A stretch of DNA of 64,000 bases, from NCBI GenBank assembly GCA_047967505.1, contig CM106538.1. One strand, 5' to 3'. The position numbers were made by a program, and so were the translations under genes. The DNA is from Dipteris shenzhenensis (lineage: Eukaryota). Shown here one piece after another: positions 1 to 12,377 of the stretch (position 1 is the first letter of the stretch; each line of letters opens with the position of its first letter). The notes beneath the pieces are model-generated. The model saw nothing but the letters and a program-made list of their open reading frames with translations, was not told the DNA's origin and did no database searches.

Positions 1-2137
1 CACGCTAACACTTTATTTTGTTTAGATACTCCATCTTTTATCGTTTACCATATTGGTCCCACCTCAAGATCAATCACCTACTTGATCCCATGCATATCTT
101 CAAGAATATGGCATCTACCATTTGGGAGCATTTGAATGGGACATGAGATTTGGTAGGCATAAGGGAGGATCTATGTACCACAGGGAGGATGCGTGAAGCT
201 TGGCCTCAAGAGAGACCAAATGGGCGTGTTTTTTTACCTCGTGCACCGTGAATGTTATCAAAGCTAGAGATGGCAACGGTGGAGTGCGCTATTACTACAA
301 TTCGTACTCCCACTGGATGCATGAGGTGTTTGAAGGGAGCCTTTACAAAGAGCAAGAAAAGAGGTGTAGAGCAATTATATGGCTTGAAATCTCATGATTG
401 GCACAAGATGCTCCAAGTAAGTATTTTATATGCATAATATCTTTTTCCTTTCAAATTTGTGAGTGAATAGCTATAAGCAACTAATCAACCACCTCCTCGC
501 GGGTTCAGTTCATACTACCTACTAGCATTTCACGTAGTGCATCAAAGGACGTGAAAGATTGTATTTACAAGATGGGCGAGCTTGTGAGGTATGTGAGCTC
601 AAAGAAAATAGATCCCACCACTCTTGAGAATACTCGAGTTATGTCAGTGGAGGTGGTTTGGTTAGTGGAGGAGACATTTCCACGTTCTATTCTCACAAGC
701 CAACTACATCTCATAGTACATTTGGTGGATGAGATTGCTATATGCAGTACTATACATGCACGATGGTTGTTTTTCCTTGAGCACTTCATGAAGACATTGA
801 AGGGCTTCGTGAGACAAAATGCAAGACCCGAAGGTAGCATGGCCGAGGGTTGGTTGGTACAAGAGTCACTTGTATATATTTCTGAGTTTCTTGTTGATGT
901 GGATAGCTCTCTCCCATGACTATGGAGAGATGATGAAGACCTAAGGATGACCTCTATTGTGCCTCAAGGAAAAGGACGCAACAAAGTAATAGACACGGAG
1001 TTACATAATAGTATCAACCTCTTTTGCGTGCTTAATAGTGATGTGATGAAAAGATGGGTGACAAGATACGAGGATGCAAAGGCAAGAAGACAAGAAGAAA
1101 GGGCCCTCTTTCGTACACACCACGGATCTCATGTGCCATACCCTCAGCATCTAAGAGCACTTCCAAAGGATATTCATGTGGATTGGCTACTTGATGAAAT
1201 GGAGAAAGCAGAGAAAGACGAGGGGATGCATATCACAATGGAAGAATGGGAGTATGCTAGGGGATGCATGAGCAAGGTCGGTATATAGAATGTTATGCAT
1301 AAGTTAGGAGCTTTTTATAATTTAGATTGCTTATTTAATTGATTTTTTCTTGGTGTAGTGCACTATGTTCAATGCTATATGGTGTGACGGCAAGCATTTT
1401 CGAACACAACAGATTGATGATAAGAGAAACACACAAGATTGCGGCGTCATTGCTAGCTTTGAGGGAGCCAATGGAGCCATGGATGATTATTGTGGCATAA
1501 TCCAAGATATCATTATGCTTGACTTTCGACGCTTCTTTGTGTATGTTTTGGATGTAAAGTGGTTTAAGGACGTGGTGGAAAGAGGCCCTAATGCAACAAT
1601 CAAATGCCATGCAAGTGGCTTTGTAACTATTGACTCCATAAATTTTTGGCAAAGTAGGAAGGACACACTAGTACTACTGCAACAATGTGAACAGGTACTG
1701 TGCACACACATAAAAATACTCGCTTTTAAATATTTGATGCAAGAAAAGTAACACGATTGTATTTGTGTTTGAATTAGGTTGTCTATCAACCAATGGTGGA
1801 TAATAATAGATGGTGGCATGTCATACCTATTATGCCACGTTCCAAAGTGATGTATAGTACATTTACTAATATGGAGCGTATGGAGGATGATCATGGCCAT
1901 GGACGTGATGATGACCATGATACAAGAGAGGAGGATGATCATGAGATAGGAGATATAGATATTGAGGCCATTACCCGTGAGGACGAGCCTATCATTGGAG
2001 ATGCTGATTTCGATGAGCACATGAGTGGCACAAGTAGTAGTGGGTTGAATGTATTTGTAGATCTAAACACTTGTTTGGATTTTGAAGTAGATAGTTTGGC
2101 AAGGGTTGATCTCATTGAGGATGAGATTGAACCATAG
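1..2137 (+). pseudogene. CACTA TnpD transposase C-terminal part (DUF4218/DUF4216-like), disrupted
   Basis: Motifs GLKSHDWHKMLQ, HLIVHLVDE, RWLFFLEHFMKTLKGFVRQNARPEGSMAEG, DYCGIIQDI and WWHV. GT-AG introns near 418-508, 1279-1358 and 1694-1778. In-frame stop at 917. Confidence 0.85.
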
Positions 2138-2592
2138 CCCCACAATTGATATTGGCAAAACTATTTTACATATTGTCTCATTCTCCTCATCTCACTTAAT
2201 TCTTGTATATGTGGGCTTGCAAAAAATTATGTGCTTTGGTAATCATGGGCAATGTTTGGAAAGCAATGATGTACACCAAAATCTCACTTTCTGTATTCTC
2301 TGGAGCGCGTCTATTTATGCGTCTAAATGCGCGTCTAATTCTCAGTGTAAACGCGCAAATAAATGCGCAAATACACACGCAAATAGACGCGCTAATAAAC
2401 GGGATGTTAGACAGGCCCGTATTTTCTCAGGTCAAACGTGCAAATAGACACGGTTATTTACGCGTAAATAGACGAGCGTTTAGTCGCAAATTTAGACGCG
2501 CCCGTAATTTCTCTACTAAAGCAACGCCTATAGACACGCCCACTATTTTGTGCATCTACCAAGCACGTTTATAGTTGCTTCGTGTTGTTGTG
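1..2592 (+). mobile_element. CACTA/EnSpm DNA transposon, 3' part (element 1), inserted into Copia A
   Basis: TnpD-like coding fragments are followed by subterminal repeats of the (A)CGCGxAAAT(A)GACG type at 2300-2540. A degenerate right end ...TTGTTGTG (canonical TTGTAGTG) at 2592 abuts Copia sequence. Confidence 0.8.
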
Positions 2593-3075
2593 TAGCTTCT
2601 TTCGAAGCTCTTTTGGCACATGTGCATATGCCTCACACCCAAATATATGCAAATGAGAGTTAGAGGGCTTCTTGCCACTCCATGCCTCTTCAGGAATACC
2701 ACCATCCAAACTCTTACTAGGTGATCTATTGATCACATGCACTGCAGTCTTCATTGCCTCAGCCCAAAAACCACCAGAAAGACTTGCATTGGAAAGCATG
2801 CATTGCAACCTTTCTTGAATGGTACGGTTCATCTATTCTGCAATTGGATTTTACTCTGGAGTACGAGGGGATGTGATCTCCCTCTTAATCCCACGTGTAT
2901 CACAGAAATGCTGAAAGTCATGAGAGAGATACTCTCCACCATTGTTAGTCTGTAGGCATTTAAGCGTTCTACCTGACTGATTCTCAACCAAGGCCAGCCA
3001 TTTCTGAAATACCTGGAACACATCACTCTTCCGAGCTATAGCATAAGCGCACACTTTCCTAGTTGCATCATCAAT
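2593..3075 (-). pseudogene. Copia A integrase core, distal fragment
   Basis: IDDATRK...NGGEY...NRTIQERLQCML...FWAEA...FGCEAYAHVPKELRKKL. It continues exactly from the YYVTFI broken at 16550. Confidence 0.9.
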
Positions 3076-3399
3076 AACACACTATTCAAAATTTTTGGAC
3101 TTTCTCTCTTGGTTTGGACTTTTTTTTGGAGCATATCCTCTCCACTCAACTTCACTTAGTGAGCTAAAAAATTGGGTTTTTTTGAGCACTAAATGGGTCA
3201 CTTATATACAAATATGGCCTTATTAAGCTAGTAAAAAGTCAAGTGGTAACCTCTAATTTAAAAAAAAAAGGCTCAGTGAAGCTATAATTCCCAAACTCAT
3301 GCATGGTGCCCCCATCCAATAACTATAATAATAATAATAGTAGTCTCCTAACTCAAGTTCAATTTTAACACTATGAAGTGAAAATATGACACCATATGA

Positions 3400-3562
3400 A
3401 AAGAGTTTGTTGAATTCAACATATAAGTGGTGTATAGATACACCATTTTTTTGAAAAAAAGAGTTTGTTGAATTCAATATATAAGTGGTGTATAGATACA
3501 CCCTTTTTTTAAAAACAAACCATACAATAAATTATCTTATTGGTGGTGTATAGATACACCAT
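3400..3562. repeat. Left subterminal repeats (GTGGTGTATAGATACACC palindrome x3)
   Basis: Copies near 3426, 3485 and 3543. Related motifs occur at 15966-16325. Confidence 0.75.
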
Positions 3563-3794
3563 TTGTATGGAAAAAAGCATACAAAACATTATCTTATGCA
3601 TCTGAATCTCGTTCAGAGTCATCAGATTCATGTAATGTATTTGAGCTTGATGGGTCAAGTCTTGCCAAATGATGTTTAATATGGACACGACTTGGATCAG
3701 GGATTGTGATACATTTTTCAACATTGTATCCATGCTTCTTTTTAAAACTTCGTGTCCTTGATTTCCAGCAATGAATAATGCTACTGACTTCCAC

Positions 3795-6700
3795 CTATGT
3801 TAATCCCTCATTATTTGGAACCCATTCACGTTTCTTTTGCAAGCATCCCTCATAGAGTTGTTTTATTGTATATCTTCTTGGGAGATTTTTCAATGGCTTT
3901 GGTTCATACCATAAAGCTATAAATGTTATAGGAGTTCCCTTGTCATCCCTTTCTATCTTAGCAACCTTTGCAACCCAAATTGGGCCACCTTGGTCATCCA
4001 ACTCTGAACCCGGATCAGATGCCCAAACTGCGACAAATAGACCCTCTTCAATCTCATTAGATGGTATAAACTCTGGTAAGGGTTTGTCTCCCTTCCTGCC
4101 ACAATATTTTCGAGGTAAAAGGCATTCCTCTGCTTCCTCCATATCTACTAACATATTTATATCCAAAAGAAAACTTGGTGACCTAGCTTGTTTCGGCCAA
4201 AAGGATTCAGAGTATTCAATGCTCATTAAGTTTTCTTGTCTTTCTAAAGATTGGATAAGTGCTTTAGTTGATTTAATTGTCTCCAAATTCTTAGTTGATT
4301 GCTTAGGATATTTCTGCATCATACTTTGAAGATGTTTAATGAAGGCTTTCAAGCCTTTCATTTCATCTATGTCAAGTGATTTGTTTTTTGCAAGAACAAA
4401 TCTAGTTTCCTCCAATGGAATTATTCGTTGTAATAAAGCATATGACTCACTCCATAAATGATCTCCATCTACTGAGTAGTGCTTCCATTGCATCACTGGA
4501 ATATTATTATGCATGTGTAACCGAAAGTAGTGTGGATTTGTGTGTCCTATTAGGGCATCATCTTCTGTTTGTAAATGTGGCTCTATGAATGCTCTCCAAT
4601 CTACCATCCTCTCTAAGATAGCCACTTCTGATTCTTCCTTGCGAGAACCTCCAATTTTTTTCCCAATTCGAAATAGCATATCCTCCATTGTCAAAACATC
4701 CATTGCCTTCAACTCACCAGAGATAACACTGAAGATTTGATCTATGTCTTCATGTGTATGGCCGACAAGAAGAAAGCCAACTTCCACTTCTTCAAATATT
4801 TTCAAACCAACCAGCATAGAGCATAAAGCAAATATATATTTATTCTTGTTCTCTCTCCAACAATTATCAGCTTGTATTCGCAATGTGTTAGGCAAACATC
4901 CGCGAGCATCTCTGACCTTTCTTATTGCTTTCATGATTGATGTAACAACCTGGTTACTATCATGGTCATGCAAATATCAATCCATACATCACAAAAGATT
5001 CAGTATCCATGTACTAATACTCCACACAAGTGTGTTTTTAGTCCACGTTTGCCCTCCAATGCCAGTGGGATACATCTATATCGTGGCAAAGTGGTTGTAT
5101 TCTGGTCCATGCCATCAATGGTGATGCACATGGACTTATCGACATGTGAAATAGCTTCCTCTCTCCAAGAAGCATACAACTTTCGAGCATTCTGCACATG
5201 ACGTAAATGGATTGATCGCCATTTAATATATTTTCCTCGCTGCTGCTCACATTTACTATGTTCAATGGCATTTTTTAATTCATCACATGTGTTACATTTT
5301 GACATCCTTTGCTTTGATGGTGTCTTGACATGGCAAAAATCTCTACGCCAAATTTTGTACAAGGTTGATCGTGAAATCATGCTCTCATCTCTGTCTTGTA
5401 AGTTTTATTGATAGTTTCTAGGATGACCTTCTTTGTCATTCCCAAAGGAAGATGTTGTTGGCATTTGACACGTCCATCTAGCATTGTTTGTTGAAGATGA
5501 GGCTGCCGTAATGCATGGTCTTCGAGAACTTGCTTTAATGTTGCGGTTGCATTTATAGTGCTTCCATGGCATTTAAGCTTGTAGGTATTTCCATGAATTG
5601 TATGAATAACTTTTTCTTTCACCTCTGCCCAGATGGTCCAGTATGTGCCATGTGATAGTCCAGTTAACCATTGATATCCTCGATTGCAAATGGGTCTCCC
5701 ATTAACCATGGGTTTCAATCTAGGTTTACAGTGTCCTGTGCTCAAATCTTGATTAGAGCCTTGATGAAGAAAGCATGAAAACTCTTGAAGAAGATAGTTA
5801 TGTCTATTAGGCACTGTCTTACTCCAAATACCAAGGCGTATGGCTGCACAATCATCTTTCCCAACTTTTCTAATGCAAAGTCTCTTGCAACAAACTCGCA
5901 TAAGCATCCTTTCCATATTCTCCTCGAATAGCATCACATGTATGATTCTTCGCCTCTTCACACTCACATACTTTCTTTTTGTAAATAGTGTCTTGCGTTT
6001 TCTAGTTGTAAGACCATCAAACCTCGAATCCATTTCCCTTGAATCTTCATCTTTATAATCAAATGCTGTGTAGGCTTGAGAATTATTTGATACCTTATAA
6101 TATCTTGGAAATGGCAATCTGGTTGACATGTTCATTGATGTCAATTTGTTGCCAATGCCTCTTGAATTTTGTGGTTGAACTATTTCTCCTTCGTAACTCA
6201 AGATTCTCCCATCTATATTCTCTGGCATGCTAGCAACAATATTACGAACAACATGACAAGTCTCAGATTCTCTGCCCCTTTTGCCTTGTATTCGAGTGGT
6301 AACATCATGATCATTGTCACTAATATCATCAATTCCTGTTATTGCATCACTTATCCCATCGATCTTTGCGTGTATTTTTCTTTGTGGTCCCATCTTATTA
6401 TTCTCAACACATCTTCTGTCTTTTATATCAATAAGCATGTTTGAGTCACTTGCAGCACAAGATACCAGTGAGCCTGTTCGAGTCACTTGCAACACAGGAT
6501 AAATCTTCTATACCAGTGAGCCTGTTTGAGTCACTTGCAACACATGACAAGTCTTATATACTAGTAAGCCTATTCGAGTCACTTGCAACACAAGACAAGT
6601 CTTCTATACCAGTGAGTATATTTGAGTCACTTGCAACACAAGAAACCTTTTCTACATCAACATCTGTTACTATAATGTCCTCGATACCTGTGAGCATGCC

Positions 6701-7220
6701 ACTATGATACTCTTGATTACTACTATAGCTTCTTATCAATTTGGATCCCATTTGTGTTATAGTCTTTTTCTTCTGATAATATTCTGTTGTGTCTTCCATG
6801 ACATTGAAGGAAACTGTCTTGGGCAAACTTGATTTCAAGAAAGCTAACCCCCATTTACAAGTACTATGAACTTGTAGTTGAGACGTAGTATTATGATGTC
6901 TAATTGTGAAGTACTATCCATTGAATGACACCTGCACTAGTCAACTTAATTATCTCCACTATACAGAGAAAACTCTGAGCATAGCCCTTAAAGTTGCCAA
7001 TTGCTAAAACTTCTCCGGAGCAAGATAACATCTGTACTTTTTCCCCCTGCATATAAGTTTTCTTGATATCTTGAAAGTATGTCTTTGGAACAATTTCATC
7101 TTGGTCCCAGAGTGTTCTTTGTGCTTGCATATCAAATATGTCACATTGTAAGATATCTCCCAATGTTTCAAAGTCTCCATGTGGATATTTTAAATATAGG
7201 GTATATCTAACATGTTGCAC
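3795..7220 (-). pseudogene. Sola-type DDD transposase (DUF7869-like) with stops and frameshifts
   Basis: SKCNTC, ITIDGMDQ, LRIQADNCWRENKN and FLLVGHTHEDIDQIFS motifs, plus an upstream CCKRLC. Split across ORFs 6900-7220, 6554-6838, 5377-6495, 5000-5380 and 3795-4973. Confidence 0.8.
6430..6650 (-). repeat. ~48-bp coding tandem repeat (SCVASDSN) in the transposase N-terminus
   Basis: GAGTCACTTGCA(A/G)CACA occurs five times. Confidence 0.85.
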
Positions 7221-7253
7221 AAATCGAGAAAAATCATAAAATTTTGATTGTAT

Positions 7254-7650
7254 TTTAGGGTTAGGGTTTAGGGTTTAGTATTTAGGGTTAAGGATTTAGG
7301 GCTTAGGATTTAAGATTTAGTGTTTAGGGTTTAGTGTTTATGATTATATTTTTAGGGTTTAGGGTTTAGGATTTAGGGTTAAAAATATAAGGTTTAGGGT
7401 TTAGCTTTTAGGGTTTATGATTATTGTTTTAGGGTTTAGGATTTAGGTTTTAAGGTTTAGTATATAAGATCATGAGCTTAGAGTGTAGAATCTAGGGTTT
7501 AGAATTGAAAATCAGGTTTTAGAATTTAAGTTATAGGGATTAGGGTTTAAGGTTTAGGGATTATAACTATTATATAAGTTTAAGAGCTTAGATTATATAA
7601 CCTAAGATTTAGGGAACTTTAGGATTTAAGATTTAGGGTGTAAGATTTAA
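7254..7650 (+). repeat. Degenerate telomere-like (TTTAGGG)n tract
   Basis: Many perfect and degenerate TTTAGGG/TTAGGG units. Confidence 0.85.
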
Positions 7651-7756
7651 GATATATAGACTATATAAAATATGCATTGTAAAGTATTTAGTTTAGATAT
7701 ATATAGACTATATGTTATATGCTTTCCAAAGTGTTTTGTTTATAAGTACGATACAT

Positions 7757-8495
7757 TGCAAAGGCTTTACTTTAAGTAAGTATAAGTCTACCTAGTCAAA
7801 GTATCCTACTGATTAGGGACAAGCACATAGGCTAAAAGCACACCGATTCATATTTTTTTACATTCATGCTGCATGGTGTATCAGAAGGTACAATCCTTTG
7901 TAAAGGCTTTACTTTAAGTAGTTACAAGCCTACCTAGTCAAAGTATCCTACTGATTAGGAACAAGTACATAGGCTAAAAGCACACCGATTCATATTTTCT
8001 TACATTCATATTTTCTTATTGATTAGGAACAAGTACATAGGCTAAAAGCACACCGATTCATATTTTCTTACATTCATGCTGCATGGTGTATGAGAAGAAA
8101 TGAAAAAGTATGTGATAAGAAATATTCGAAGAAATATGTATTCCATATCATGGACATTCTAAGAAATATGTATTCCATATCATGGATACCATGGATATCT
8201 GGTGGTTGCTAAAGTAAAAAAATGATATGGATGCAATGATATTGTAGTCTTCTAGATTCTATGGTTTTAAATACCTACCTTACAAATACATTATCTAATT
8301 TTGCATTCTTCGACTAACTAACAAGTATTATACACATGGAATCATGGATATCTGATGGTTACTAAAGTAAAAAAATGATATGGATGCAATGATACTATAG
8401 TCTTCTAGATTCTATGGTTTTAAATACCTACCTTACAAATACATTATCTAATTTTTCATTCTTCGACTAACTAACAAGTATTATACACATGGAAT
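7757..8495. repeat. Local tandem duplications (~140-bp and ~160-bp units)
   Basis: AAAGGCTTTACTTTAAGTA...CACACCGATTCATATTTT occurs 2-3 times. CATGGATATCTG...TATACACATGGAAT occurs twice. Confidence 0.85.
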
Positions 8496-8974
8496 AAAAG
8501 CATACATGCTAAAAGTAAGTGTGTAAATTTTAATATTTTCTTATTTTTAAAATTAATTTAATTCTTTTATTGACTACTTTTTAAAATTGAAAGATTATTA
8601 GTATATAACCTACATAATTTTAAATGTTATTAATGTATAATATTAATTATTTATATATTTATTTAAATTTATATAATAATTAATTTATATTTATATTAGT
8701 TTTTAAGTTAATAATGTATAGAAGAGCAATATATTCACTAATTCTTCATTGTTTTAAGAGTAAGTATTATATAAAGCACATATGCTAGAAGACCTCCCTT
8801 TCAACTTTTTTTTAAATTAATGTATTTATATAATAATTATATAATATTTATATTAATTTATAGATTAATAATATATATTTTTAGCAAAATTATATTTTAA
8901 CATTAGTTAATAATAATTTATTATATTATGGAGTAAAAATATTATAAATGGATTTCTTATATTAATAAAGTGTA

Positions 8975-9810
8975 GTGAGAAGAGTTTTTTGAAAAGACTT
9001 ATGATTAAATTTTGTTTTGAAGTTGTTGCGTATGCAATAGGTAGGGACATTTGAGTGGTTTTGAGGTTGATAGAGATATTTGTAATAAAATGTCATGAGA
9101 AGAGTTTTTTGGAGGATTTGTGATAAAATTTTGTTTTGAAGTTGTTGCGTACGCAATAGGTAGGGAGGTTTGAGTGGTTTTGAGGTTGAGAGAGAAATGT
9201 GTAATAGATTGTTTTTTTTTTAAAGGAGTTTTTTGGAGAGATTTATGATAAAATTTTGTTTTGAAGTTGTTGCGTACACAATAGGTAGGGAGGTTTGAGT
9301 GGTTTTGAGGTTGAGAGAGAAATGTATAATAGATTATTTTTTTTTTTAAAGGAGTTTTTTGGAGAGATTTATGATTAAATTTTGTTTTGAAGTTGTTGCG
9401 TACGCAATAGGTAGGGAGGTTTGAGTGGCTTCGAGGTTGAGAGAGAAATTTGTAATAGATTGTTTTTTTTGGTTGATGAGTTTTTTTGAGAGATTTATGA
9501 TTAAATTTTGTTTTGAAGTTGTTGCGTACGCAATAGGTAGGGAAGGGTTATGAGAGTTTGAGTTAAAGAGGAAAATTTGAGGAAAAAAAGATTTAATGCT
9601 AAAATGGTTTTTAAAGTTGTTGCGTACACACAAGTTTTTGAGAAAAAGATCGGATTTGAAAAAAAATTCAAATTTATAAAAGATTTAATGCTAAAATGGT
9701 TTTTAAAGTTGTTGCGTACACACAAGTTTTTGAGAAAAAGATCGGATTTGAAAAAAAATTCAAATTTATAAAAACTTGATTCTTAGAAGTTCTTGCGTAC
9801 GCAATAGGTT
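8975..9810. repeat. Tandem array of ~120-bp and ~90-bp units, each with a TTGCGTACGCAA palindrome
   Basis: About 8 copies of AAGTTGTTGCGTAC(G/A)CA... Confidence 0.9.
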
Positions 9811-9938
9811 AGAAATGAACTCACCTCTTGCAACATTTTGAAAATTTTTGAGAATCTTGCAACAGGTTGATGAGAGGAGAGAAGCGTGGAGTGTAAACGA
9901 ATGATCTTTGAATGAAAGAGAGAATGAAGAATGTTCTA

Positions 9939-10023
9939 CTTATAGTGAACCTAAAAGAACTAAAAAAACCTTAAAAACTAAAAAAAGCTGACTTGACCTA
10001 AAAGCTATTTATTTCCTATAAAA
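9939..10023. promoter_or_regulatory. Putative bidirectional promoter (back-to-back TATA boxes)
   Basis: TATAAG on minus at 9939-9944 and TATAAAA on plus at 10017-10023. Each is followed by a pyrimidine-rich leader and a splice donor (AG|GTGAGT at 9824, minus; CAG|GTA at 10102, plus). Confidence 0.5.
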
Positions 10024-10104
10024 CTCTACTCCTCATTCTGTCTCACAACTCTCTTATTCTCTCTCACAACTTTCCTGGAGCTCCACCACCTCTCCACTCA
10101 GGTA

Positions 10105-12132
10105 CTCCCTCCCTCCCTCTTCTCCAACTTCCTCTCTCCCCTCCCCTCCCCCTCCCTTCCCCTCTCCTCCCGCTTCTCCCCTCCCTTCCCTTCCCTTCCC
10201 CCTTCCCCTCTCCTCCCTCCCCAAGGGCCCTTCCCCTCCTCTCCTTTCCCTCCCCGTCCCGCTGCCTTCCCCTCCCCCTTGCCCCGCTCCTTTCCCTCTG
10301 CTCGTCCCGCCCCGTTCCCCTTCCCCTCCCCTTGTCCTGTGCCCCGCGCTGCCTTCCCCTCCCCCTTGCCCCCGCCCTCGCCCCGTTCCCTCCTCCCGCC
10401 CCCTTCCCTTCCCCCTTGCCCCCCGTGCCTGCCCCCTGCCGCTGCCCCTTCCCCTTCCCCCCTCCCTATCGTCGCTCCCCCTTCCCTCCGCCCCCCCCTT
10501 CCCTTCCCCCTTGCCCCCCCCCTTGCTCGCCCCCTGCCCCTGCGCCCGCCCCCTACCCCTTCCATCGATCGACGGAAGGGGTAGGGGGCGGGCGCCGGGG
10601 GGGGCAAGGGGGAAGGGAAGGGGGGGGCGTGGGGAGGGCAAGGGGGCGGGCGGAGGGAAGGGGGGGGGCATGGGGAGGGCAAGGGGGGCAAGGGGGTGGG
10701 CGAGGGGAGGGCAAGGGGGGCGGGGAGGGCAAGGGGGCAGGCGAGGGGCGGGGAGGGGGGCATCACCCCCCTCACCAGTTGCGTGCGCAACAGGGGGCAA
10801 GGGGAGGGGCAAGGGGGAAGGGAAGGGGGGGCGTGGGGAGGGCAAGGGGGCAGGCGGAGGGAAGGGGGGGCGTGGGGAGGGCAAGGGGGCGAGCGAGGGG
10901 CAAGGAGGGCAAGGGGGCGAGCGAGGGGCGGGGAGGGGGGCATCGCCCCCCTCACCTCTTGTGCACACAACAGGGGGCAAGGGGAGGGGCAAGGGGAAGG
11001 GAAGGGGGGGCGTGGGGAGAGCAAGGGGGGCGGGCGGAGGGAAGGGGGGGGTCTGGGGAGGGTGAGGGGCGGGGAGGGCAAGGGGGCGGGCGAGGGGCGG
11101 GGAGGGGGGCATCGCCCCCCTCACCTGTTGCGCACGCAACAGGTGCGAGGTGAGGGCAAGGGGAGGGGCAAGGGGGAAGGGAAGGGGGGGCGTGGGGAGG
11201 GCAAGGGGGCAGGCGGAGGGAAGGGGGGGGCGTGGGGAGGGCAAGGGGCGGGGAGGGGGGCATCGCCCCCCTCACCTGTTGCATGCGCAACAGGTGGGGG
11301 GATCCCGCACCTGTTGCGCACGCAACAAGTACGGGGCGGGGGCAAGGGGAGGGGCAAGGGGAAGGGAAGGGGGGGGCATGGGGAGGGTAAGGGGGCAGGC
11401 GGAGGGAAGGGAGGGGGGCGTGGGGAGGGCAAGGGGGCGGGCGTGGGGTGGGGAGGGCAAGGGGGCGGGCGAGGGGCGAGAAAGGGGGCATGGGGAGGGC
11501 AAGGGGGTGGGCGAGGGGCGGGGAGGGGGGCATCGGCCCCCGCACCTGTTGCGTGCACAACAGGTGGGGAGATCTTGCGTGCGCAACAGGAGGTGGGGAT
11601 CCCCCCACCTATTGCGCACGCAACAGGTGCGGGGCGAGGGCAAGGGGAGGGGTGCGGGCAAGGGGAGGGGCGGGCAAGGGGGAGGGGCGCGGGCGGGGAG
11701 GGGGGCATCGCCCCCCAGGGCAAAGGGAGAGGTGGGGCGGTGTGGTGCGAGCAAGGGGAGGGGCGGGGTGGGGCGGGCGCGGGGGGCAAGGGGGAAGGGA
11801 AGAGGGCGGGTACGGGGAGGGCAAGGGGGAGGGGGCGTGGGGAGGGCAAGGGGGCGGGCAAGGGGAGGGGGCGGGCACGGGGAGGGCAAGGAGGAGGGGG
11901 CGTGGTGCGTGGGGCAAGGGGGAGGGGGCACGGGTGGGGAGGGGGAGGGGCTCACCTGTTGCGCGGGCGACGATGCCCCTCCGCCTCCCCCTCCCTGCCC
12001 GCGCCCCCTCCGCCTCCCCCTTGCCCCATGCCCCCTTTCCCCTTCCCATCCCCACCCGTGCCCCCTCCCCGCCCCTTCCCGTCCCATCCCCTCCCGCTCC
12101 CCCTTCCCCGCGCCTTCCCTGCACCCTGTCCC
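10105..12132. repeat. Extremely GC-rich, G-quadruplex-prone repeat region with a central palindrome
   Basis: C-rich to ~10560, then a hairpin centred on TCGATCGA (10565-10572), G-rich to ~11970, then C-rich again. Confidence 0.9.
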
Positions 12133-12377
12133 GTTAAAATTAAAAAAGTTAAAATAAATAAAACTTAAAAAAAATCAAAAAATTAAAATAAATTTTAAAT
12201 ATAAAAATAAACTAATTAATTAAAATAAAATAATTAAAAAGGAAAAAAATATTTTATTTTAAAAATTAAAAATCAATAAAACTTAAAAGAATATTTAATT
12301 AAAAATTTATTTAATATTTTGAGTTTGAAAATCATTGTATTTCTCATTTTTTATTTTTGATTGCTTTTCAGAAAACT

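Noticed and set aside
3080-3084. CACTA terminus for the 13.5-kb element
   Set aside because: CACTA lies 4 bp inside the TIR. The TSD is 4 bp rather than 3, and the transposase is not TnpD-like.
7254-7650. True chromosome end or telomere
   Set aside because: The tract is short, degenerate and internal to a TIR-bounded element.
8975-9810. CRISPR-like regularly spaced palindromic repeats
   Set aside because: The spacers are themselves repeated, there are no cas genes, and the context is eukaryotic. This is a tandem array.
10054-12168. Many long Pro/Gly/Arg-rich ORFs in all six frames
   Set aside because: They are artefacts of stop-free GC-rich repeats and show no protein-like complexity.
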